From Nemertoderma westbladi (Eukaryota; Animalia; Xenacoelomorpha), in the NCBI GenBank assembly GCA_032718475.1, contig JAUCBJ010004813.1, positions 37,016 through 101,015 on the forward strand: a DNA stretch of 64,000 nucleotides. The letters run 5' to 3'. The notes under the pieces are model-generated. The model was not told the DNA's origin, ran no database searches, and worked only from the letters and a program-made list of their open reading frames with translations. Shown one piece after another: positions 55,114 to 64,000 of the stretch (position 1 is the first letter of the stretch; each line of letters starts with the position of its first letter). Both the position numbers and the translations under genes were made by a program.

Positions 55114-56306
55114 TGTAAAAGCTTTTGTGGGATAACTGATTCATTTGCTTTGCTAACCAGTTCCCCCCAGTCGCTGAATACTCTAAAAAGGGATATCCAG
55201 CTAGAATAATGCAAGCTACCGGCTGATTGGCTAATTTGCTGTGCGAAGGGATCTGGGTTCTGTTCGATCGGCCAACCAGCTTAGGGAGGTTGCCTCAGCC
55301 CTGCTGTCCGCATCGGCCAATAGAATTTGAGTGGGCGTTGATTTTGACCTATCCCAGAGCTACTGATCTGAATTTTCCTATCTCACTGCTCATCCTCTGT
55401 GTTGGACGGGAGCTTCGGGGAATAAGGGTAGTTGGTATCCTCGTATAGTCAAGTAGTCATATGATTCTTTATATGATTCTGTTGTTGTGTTCCCATTTTT
55501 CGCCATAACACCGGCTTTTGGAACAACTCTAGTAAAACTGCTTAAATTATCGAAAGTATAACTGTTATCTAATCAATCAATCAACTAATCTAACTGATCT
55601 AATTAACTCACTATTAATCATATTGTTTGTACTGTTATGTACCGTCAGTTATTAATTGTTTGTTGATGAAATATTGCCCTTTGGAGAATACTGATAAATC
55701 ACCCAAAATTCCCAATTTTCTTGATACACTACAGGTTAGAGAGACCGGCTATATATAACAATTGCGATTTATATCAATGTGGTGTGTATTGAATCTAATG
55801 TTATTTAGCAGACCCTACATGAGTCAATTGCTGCTCTCTTTATGTGTGATCAAATTTACTGACGGTCGGCAGAATAGTGTGCATGATTGTGATTGGTAAC
55901 AAAGCATTTCCTAAAGAATGCGCCTTATACTTTAATCATAAGCAGTATCGTTGCGTTTAGTATAAGTCCTAGCTCTGTTTAAATAGATAGAGCGCCACGT
56001 CCTAAAGGAACTGTTAATATTTCCCTAAAGCCAATAATATCTGTCAGAAATTAATTATTAACGATCAATCGAATAATACAGTAGGTTTACACTGCAACCT
56101 TACACTGCAATAATAATAATTTAAGCATCCGAATTCAGCCTCCCGGGTGTAGATCCATCGGGTGAATGATCGCGCATGGGCTGGCTTCGGTTAATGTTTT
56201 GTTTATTAGCATAAAATATTGTCGTATGCTAAAGGTGTTTTAATCAACTAAAAGACATATAAATTTTGGCAGGTTAAACTGCCAAAGGTCTTCATAAGCG
56301 CGAACA
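55114..56306 (+). repeat. 3' LTR of copy 2 (1193 bp)
   Basis: TG...CA; preceded by the PPT and followed by the TSD. Confidence 0.96.
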
Positions 56307-56892
56307 AATAAGATTGATCATTATACTGTATTATAGTTGAATTACATTTTTTACTTGCATGCAGTGCATACTTCACATTTACCATGTATAGGAATTGTTC
56401 AATATATCTTATCTATCTTATCTTATCATACCGGTACGGTACTGCTGTACAGTACATACTGTTCAAGTACGAAATTGCAGAATAATAATTTGACACCACC
56501 TAGCGGATTAATATATCATTGTATATCAAACGAATACATTTATAGCATTGGGTATGGGGTCCGAGCCACGAAGTTGGCGGAGTCTTTGCTAACTGACACT
56601 ATCTCTTAGGGGGGTAGGTCAATTATGGCAAATAGTTCATTCAATAATGGTAATGTATGTCATCATCGTCGCTACGATTTGGATTTACTATAACTTCGTC
56701 GGATTTAAAGCTGTCGAGTCGAAAATTAGTAGGAATCAATAAGAGCATAAGTTTAATTTCTTTTAGGGACTTTCAGATTCCATCAAATCATCAGTGTCTC
56801 GCTAGAGGGCTACATGTATAGAAATTAAATATCCTCACATTTCTTTGTTTTAAACCCGTTCTAGCTGAAACTTGGCATATTTGTACTAGACC

Positions 56893-58689
56893 TGTGATGG
56901 GATCCCCGAGTTGGCGAGGGAATCCCTCGTCTTTGTTTTGGTTAGTCTTGTTTTGTTTTTCTTTGCCTTGGTTCAATATGCGTCGCCGCGTCCGCTTGCT
57001 GTGGCTGAATGACTGAAGGCCGAAGGCCGGTTATAATAAAAGAGTGTGGTGTTAATGTTGTTTATCTCTGATAAGTATACAAGTACTGGTAGTATAGCAC
57101 AATCAGTAATCACAATGACCTCAGACAACGACGACGGTTGAAAACCGTTCGACTTCTGCTCACCCAATATACCAACTAAAGTACAATCGACAGAGTAAAC
57201 GGTTATATATTACATGGGACACATTAACTACCTAGGGTATTGGCTAACCAGTGAATGCGCTGTTATTGGACACATGCTGCCTCTCCATTGGTTGATATAT
57301 CCCCTTGGCCAAACCTCCCTTCCCCTGTTCCTATGCTAGCTTCTACCCTGAGATGAGCTGTGCGCTGGCATATCTCCCTGTAAAAGCTTTTGCGGATCTA
57401 GCTAGTTATTTTCCCTGCAAAGTACTCTGTAGGTGTTTTAGCGGACATAAAAAGCCGTTTCCTTACTTTACAGGTGTTTTAGTGGACATAAAAAGCCATT
57501 TCTTCTGTATGTGTACTTTAGCGGACATAACTAGCGATTTTATGTCGCAATACGCCAAAATACTCTTGATACAGTGCAGTTCAGATGACGACATCTATCA
57601 GCTGATATGTCCACGTATAGCTTTTCTTTGTTCTTTGTTTGGCTCGACCAATCAGAGCGATTTTCATTTTATTTGCACAGAGGCCTCCGGGAAATCGCGC
57701 AATGCATTATGGTCTTTGTTTACCTTTTTTCCTGAGCCCCGAACATCGACTGTGGAATTATTCTGTGTTTCAGACTTTAGCCAAACATTAGAACGGCTTT
57801 GATCATAGAAACGTATAACTGTTATTCTATCTATCTACCACTTATCATATCATAACTATACGTACCTTTCACCGCATTATTTTACTGCTATTTACTGTCG
57901 GTTATTAATTGTATCAGTTGATGGAATATTGTTATATTTGGAGAATATCGATAAATAATCAGAAAACCCCAATCTTCTTGATATACTGAAGGTTAGAGAG
58001 ACCGGTTACATATAGCAATTGCGACTTACATTATAGTGGTTTTGGAGTGAATTGAATGCTATTTCATAGACCCTACATGTGTCAGTTGCTGTTCTCCTTA
58101 TATATGATTAAAATTAGTGAAGGTCGGCAGATCAGTGTGCAGCAGTGTGCGGTAGTGTGCATGAGTGTGATAGATAACAAAGCATTTCCTAAAGAATGCG
58201 CTTTATACGTAAATCATTAGCCATCCCGTTGTGTTTAGTGTAAGTCATAACTCTGTTTACATACTTAGAGCGCCACGTCCTAAAGGAACTGTTAATATTT
58301 CCCGAAAGTGAATAATATTTGTCAGAGATTATATATTAACGATCAATCGAATAGTACAGTAGGCCTACACCGCAATAAGGTCAGAGCATCCGAATCCAGT
58401 CTCCCTTAACCGTGGGTGAATGATCGCGCATAGGCTGGCTTCGGCTAATGTGTATCAAATACTTGTTATAGGCTAAAGTCGATTTATAACCTAGAAGACA
58501 CCTAAATTTGGCAGGTTAAACTGCTAAAGGTCTAAAAGCGCGAACACTCCCTGTGGCTGACAATGTATATTGCCTTTGTTGGTGGTTAGGTGACATTATA
58601 TTCGTAATGTCACTTAATCAACTATAATTGGTAAAAAGCCACTTTCCCCATTTTCCGCTGGGTAGTGCAGCGAATTGGATCCGCTCACA
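56893..58689 (-). mobile_element. Solo LTR of family B, interrupted by a family A solo LTR
   Basis: TSD AGACC (56888-56892; 58690-58694); colinear with 21009-21598 on both sides of the insert. Confidence 0.9.
57379..58546 (+). mobile_element. Solo LTR of family A, third subfamily with a divergent U3
   Basis: TGTAAAAGCTTTTG...GCGCGAACA; TSD CTCCC (57374-57378; 58547-58551). The empty site with a single CTCCC is visible in the family B LTR at ~21455. Confidence 0.93.
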
Positions 58690-59364
58690 AGACCAGTAAC
58701 TGTGTCATTCAAAGGAGGCTCATCTTTCTGCAGTTCTCTAGTCTGCCTCTAGAGGGCGAAATATCTCAAAGTGCAATCATTGATTTAGCTGAAACGTACT
58801 TGTCAGATATGTGCTAGAACACGTCCGGTGTGTTTGCCGGGCTAGGAATCAGTCCAACCAGTTCCACCTCACCACTACTCCAGCAAAGTGTAATTCTATA
58901 GGACATGCAATAGTGTTAGGCACCAGACTAATGAGACAGCTTGCTTATTGTTTATCTTGCAAAATAATTTGATTAGAATTTAATAGAGATTCTTTAGAAT
59001 AAATATAGCTAAATAATTTTGTTGAGACATCGACATGGTAAATTAAGATTTCAGTATCAATACTAAAACGGCATAAGGTAAGTTATATTATTTCTTACAA
59101 ATTGGGTCGCCGTCATGCCTAAAATATATTACTTTTAAAACACCAAATTTCTGTGAATAACTGCCTGTCACCAATCCTCTGTGCGTCTTTGGTTTGGGGT
59201 GCAGATGAAGAGGGCGGGCAACTTTCCCCTCTATGATATATTTGCGGTTTGGTTAATAATTTCATAAATACCGATTTTGTGATAGAATTGCTCAATTTTG
59301 TTTTGTATCTAATAACTGAGCCTCGTGCTGCGCGAAGGCACCACGAACGTGTTACATAATTATG

Positions 59365-59622
59365 GTACATTATGGTACAATACCACCTGTATCAACCACC
59401 CTCCGTGAACGCAGATTAAGATTCAGTGGGCACTGCTGGCGAAGTAAAGACGAGGTCATATCAGATCTACTTTTCTGGCAACCAACTCATGGAAAGCGTA
59501 GTCGTGGACGACCGGCCAGAACATATATAGATCAACTTGAAAGGGATACAGAATTTGGGAGAAACGAAATTGCGACAACTCATTTCCACTGGCAGAGTTC
59601 GCTCGACCCAGTAGTAGTAGTA
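59365..59622 (+). mobile_element. RTE-like LINE 3' fragment (different family)
   Basis: RRLRFSGHCWRSKDEVISDLLFWQPTHGKRSRGRP, followed by a (GTA)n tail. Confidence 0.8.
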
Positions 59623-59818
59623 TGCAATCTGCGTAGGCCATAAGCCTTGGGGGGGGGGGGGGGGGGGGGGGGGTGGGGGGCATAATCAGGGGGTATGATA
59701 ACCCCCTGATATAATGTAATAGGGTTAAAAACACGGGTAGTAAATTTTACAGTCAATGGAGTTCTGAATGGCGCTATTTACAGTAAAGTATTATTATTAT
59801 TATATTATTATTTTCCAG

Positions 59819-59936
59819 TCCAATGAACATCATTACAGCAGCATCTTGCGTCCATAATGGTAATAAATTCCGAGATATCGGTAAATCTCTAATTGTATCT
59901 GATGGAGTCACTTTACGGAAGTATCGAATATATAAG
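59819..59936 (+). CDS. Exon of a trypsin-like serine protease homolog (His motif TAASC)
   Basis: TTTTCCAG acceptor and AAG|GTAAG donor; reads PMNIITAASCVHNGNKFRDIGKSLIVSDGVTLRKYRIYK. Confidence 0.7.
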
Positions 59937-60179
59937 GTAAGTTGGATAGTTGGAATATGTGCCAAAACCCAAAAACAGTGACAACACTCAGCCATAGCGA
60001 AACGTTTGGGGACAACACTCAAATGTCGGGACCTCACTCAAATCATGTAATTCAGTACTCTGCAATACAGCTCACCAGTTACCTGCCTACTTGTAGACCT
60101 GAACAGTGTTGTGTACTGTAATACTGTAGTACTGTTGTTTAATCTTGAAGTGTCCAGTGTCTCTCGCTCACGTAAGTTC

Positions 60180-61150
60180 TTTCATTATATGGGATTCCTG
60201 CTGAAATTATTGCAGCAATCAGATTAGTAAACAATGGTTCGATGACATTTGTGTCTGCTGTTGACGCAGAACAATTCGAAGTGTTATGGGGCGTCCTCCA
60301 GGGCGACACACTTGCGCCATTCTTATTCAGAATTGTGGTTGATTATGTTCTCCGCATGTCCTTAGCTCATCATAATGATGATGGGGTGATGATAACTCCA
60401 CATACTGGCTCCAGAATCAGAATCAGAATCACGAGAGGCAGCCCAACGGCTCATCAGCTTATTAGAACGGACTGCTTCTAGTTTGATCTTTTTATTAACT
60501 CTAAAGAGTACAAAATTTTGACAGTTAACTTTGAAAGTCCTCAAAAAATCTTAGATCGGATGAGCATAAGCTCAAAGGATGGTATGCTTGAGCATGTGGA
60601 CGACAACTGTTATCTGGGATCATTGATCCGGAAGTCAGACGACCTTCGAATACGTAAGGTGAAAGGCATGGGTAGCCTTGAATAGGCTTTCCAGGATTTG
60701 GAAGTCACCAAGAATAAAACGGAACCTTAAGGTCCGAATATTTAGAGCAGCAGTGGATAACTGCAAAGGACATCAAATCTGTGGATGCAATCTTTCACAA
60801 GAATGCTGCGCTGGGTTCATTGTATCAAGTCAAATGAACACATCTCAATCAGACTCTATACAACATTCGATGTGTTGTATTAGTCTCCCCTACATTGCTT
60901 TATCCGTGAGGACCAGTCAGTGCATAATGTTGTGCTTTGGCAGCCTCATGGAATGAATAAGAAAGGTGGACAGCCCATGACTTTCTTGAGACGCCTTTGA
61001 AGATGCGGATAATCTAGCAAATGTCATGGGTGATAGGGAGTTGTGTCAGCGCAATTTTGTCTATAAGCCGGCACAGCATCCTAATATAATATATGAAATA
61101 TATATATAATGCAGCTGCAATGCAGCATGTCGATCGTAGTTTAGTATTAG
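60180..61150 (+). mobile_element. Degenerate RTE LINE fragment (intronic)
   Basis: VLQGDTLAPFLF and NRLSRIWKSPRI; same 3' tail as 31220-32229. Confidence 0.85.
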
Positions 61151-61369
61151 TAGGGCTAGATAGGGTTAAACGTACTAATATTGAAAGGTCTTATCTGACC
61201 TATGACTTATTTGTTCCTTGTTGCAGAATGTCAATTACATGTACAAGCACACCACTTACTTGGAACTTAATCTTATACTTATATGATCACTCATTTCCTG
61301 AGGACTGTGCACATTTTGGTCTTCTCGGTGATAATAAAAAATAAATACAAACACAAGATGCATCCTGTA

Positions 61370-62010
61370 CTAATAACATGAGGAGTTTGTCATCAGCACA
61401 TTCTAGATCATAAAAGTAGTGCTTGGTTGAATTTCATTTTCTTCTGGAGCAAGTATGGGTTATTTCCATCAACCCATCATGATTATGGTGATCTAAGGAT
61501 ATGCATAGAACATAGTCAAACACAATTATGAATAAGAATGGTGCAAGTGTATCACCCTGGAGGACTCCCCATAACACTTCGAATAGTTGTGTCATAGTAG
61601 ACACAAATGTTGTCGAACCATCGTATACTGATATGATTGCTGCAATAATTTCATCCAGAATCCCATATAATGAATGTGTGCTGAACAAACTGTATGTAAG
61701 CGAAAGTCAAAGGCCTTGAAGAAGTCAACAACGATAACAGCCAGATGCCTTTCTTTCTTTTTTTGATAAATCTTCAATGATCCTTCTAAGTGCTAAAATG
61801 GGCTCCTCGTCCTACAACCTTTATGGACCCATTCTGATTTCCACGTAGTAATCTCTCAATAGGATCCCTGATGCGATTTGATAGAATTCTATTGTATAGC
61901 TTCGCAGCAATCGAGATCAATGAGATTCCCCGAAAAGAACCATAGAGTGTTAGGTTGCCCTTCTTGGAAACTGGCACCAACTTATTTGTTTTCATTTCTT
62001 GTGGGGTTCT
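61370..62010 (-). mobile_element. Degenerate RTE LINE fragment (intronic)
   Basis: FRGISLISIAAKLYNRIL, VDFFKAFD and VLQGDTLAPFLF on the minus strand. Confidence 0.85.
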
Positions 62011-62089
62011 TGTCGCTATGATAACAATGATGATGGGGATGATATTCTTTTCTACATTTGATTTCAATTGTTGCTATTGCGCTCCATAG

Positions 62090-62287
62090 GTGTTTGTAAC
62101 TCAGGAGTATATTGAGAAGCAGTCAACCAGAAAGAAAACACTTGTGACAGATATCGCAATGATCTCTCTTGTGGAATCGATATCGGGAAAGCGAGACTTC
62201 CCTAAACTAGTCAAGCCTTCCACCAACGAATTAAATCACGGAGACATCATTTTAGCTGCTGCTAGTGGAACTAATAAAGAAAACAAG
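62090..62287 (+). CDS. Exon of the trypsin-like homolog (Asp motif DIAMISL)
   Basis: CCATAG acceptor and AAG|GT donor; 198 nt, phase 0/0, in frame with both flanking exons. Confidence 0.68.
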
Positions 62288-62541
62288 GTTTTTATTATTT
62301 TGCGGGATTTAAAATCTAACTAACTAAATAAAATAATCGAATTAAATATCTATACTGTACATAACTAATGTATAATGTAGGCCTCACACTGTTATGGGTG
62401 TTATTTGGAAGGGGTAGGGGCCTAATGTACAAAGTATGTAGGAGTGAGGTGGTTGTAGATATTTAGAAGGTAGGTAAATATCGGTATTATTTTTGGTGAT
62501 ACAAAGTACAAACACGTATAAACTTTATCGTTACTTTATAG

Positions 62542-62913
62542 GAAGAAGATACTATTAAAACTTCAGTGATGAATGCTGATAGAATTGTCCTTCCCAGTCC
62601 TGCATACGGAGGCGAACCGAAGCTGTTAGCTGGTAAAGTGGACCCGACCGACCAACTACCACCCTATTTCAAAGGAGCAGGCGCGTTCACTAATAACAGT
62701 GAGGGGAAGGCCGAGCTAGTTGGAGTTTATGTTAGTCGTTTCCGGGATGACTTTACCGGCGTTGTGTACAATGTGGTGAGAGTCTTCGACAGTGAATCGA
62801 TGGATATCATTTGCGAGATGATAGAGAACCCCACCATTGCCGCGATATTCTTGCATTGCCCACGTGATCGGATAACAAAGAAAGCGATAAAAACCTCTGG
62901 TTCCGTAGTTTAG
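62542..62913 (+). CDS. Last coding exon of the trypsin-like homolog (Ser motif degenerate)
   Basis: CTTTATAG acceptor in frame. YFKGAGAF...ELVGVYVS...VVRVFDSESMDII aligns by eye to GDSGGPL...LVGIVS...YTRV..WI. Confidence 0.62.
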   Translation, partial: EEDTIKTSVMNADRIVLPSPAYGGEPKLLAGKVDPTDQLPPYFKGAGAFTNNSEGKAELVGVYVSRFRDDFTGVVYNVVRVFDSESMDIICEMIENPTIAAIFLHCPRDRITKKAIKTSGSVV

Positions 62914-62929
62914 TGTCTACTGTATTTAT

Positions 62930-63016
62930 TTTGTTGACAAGCCGGCACAGCATTCTTAAAAATGCAGCTGCAATGCAGCATGCCGATCATAGTAGTAGTA
63001 GTACAGTAGTAGTAGT
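62930..63016 (+). mobile_element. RTE LINE extreme 3' tail
   Basis: TTGTTGACAAGCCGGCACAGCATTCTTAAAAATGCAGCTGCAATGCAGCATGCCGATC plus (TAG)n. Confidence 0.85.
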
Positions 63017-64000
63017 ATGTATTCGCCAATACAGTACATATACACCCTAGGTTATTATAGATAAATATTAAAGGATATATTTTATAACTATAACAGAATA
63101 CCAGGACATAACTTTAAGAATACCACACAAACGATATTAAAGTAGGCCTAATTTGCGTTACTGCAGTACCGGTACATACTGTGCCTACAGTAGGCCCACA
63201 TGCATGTATTGCGAGTACCCAACCACCCAACCAGGGACTCAAAACAAAGTGAGGACATTTGTGAACCGGGGACGAAATCCTCGATTCGGCAGAAATCAGG
63301 TCGCAACCTAAAATTTATGGAAATGAAATTTTGACGCCATAAACTCGCAGTCCACATTTCACAAGAATTTGTCAAGTTGGTGTGTTAAATTCTGTTTCAA
63401 ATTATTTTCCATGTCTCCGAAAAGATAGTTTAAATTCTTCTGAAATGTCATCATGTTTGTCACAATTATGAGTTTCATGTATCCAGTATCATCTGTGACG
63501 TCATAAATTGTTTGTGCTAAATGTGCCAAAATGATATAAATTTCTACTGATTGAGATCCGCAAAAATATAACTTTCGTAGTTTCAATGACTGAGGACATA
63601 CTACAGTTCTACAAGTTACAGTACTGTAGTATATGGTGATGTGTTTATAACATTGGGTATGTACGGCATACATGGTAACAATAATGGAGAGGTACAGTAT
63701 GAGCAAACAAACAATATATGATATTTTATTGAATGGATAGGACTGTAGGAAGAGCAACAGATGATAAATGATTTTGCGCTACTGTAATAAACAAAAGACG
63801 AACAATGGGTGTACCAATAATGACGTACCACTAATACTTGATTCTTCAATATCACTTTTAATCAATTCAGCGGTCAAGAGAACCTATAAAATAGGTTGAC
63901 ATGAAAACCTTGTGGCCTGTGGTATTTTCTGAATATCGTAATTTTGAAAATTTGCAGTAAGCCGACAGTACTGCGTGCGGGTCGATTCACCCCAGGTCCA

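Larger units (their letters stand above)
37694..56306 (+). mobile_element. BEL/Pao LTR retrotransposon, family A copy 2, full length (18,613 bp)
   Basis: LTRs at 37694-38891 and 55114-56306; 5-bp TSD AATAA (37689-37693; 56307-56311). Confidence 0.97.

Noticed and set aside
63965-64000. Possible start of a second SINE at the window edge
   Set aside because: Only a degenerate B-box-like stretch is visible before the window ends.

Overview
Eukaryotic, AT-rich, transposon-dense DNA, probably from an invertebrate animal. It is dominated by two copies of an unusually large (~17.5 kb and 18.6 kb) BEL/Pao LTR retrotransposon (1-17470; 37694-56306), plus a degenerate third relative and a solo LTR. 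The family has three unusual traits. (1) There is no tRNA primer-binding site: the 11-12 nt after the 5' LTR are exactly complementary to a site inside the LTR, with compensatory changes between the two copies, which is the signature of Tf1-type self-priming. (2) A ~1,417-aa extra ORF sits in the env position, carrying a DEDD/WRN-type 3'-5' exonuclease-like domain, CCHC zinc knuckles and a basic C-terminal tail. (3) Long non-coding segments show covarying stems. A second, unrelated LTR family shows the same self-complementary PBS geometry. Also present: an intronless TRIM gene with a 9-aa repeat, three exons of a catalytically dead trypsin-like gene, RTE and CR1/L2 LINE fragments, two HINE/Helentron-like elements, a MULE-like MITE, a tRNA-derived SINE and a 21-bp minisatellite. 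All alignments and motif calls were made by eye; no database searches or folding computations were run.
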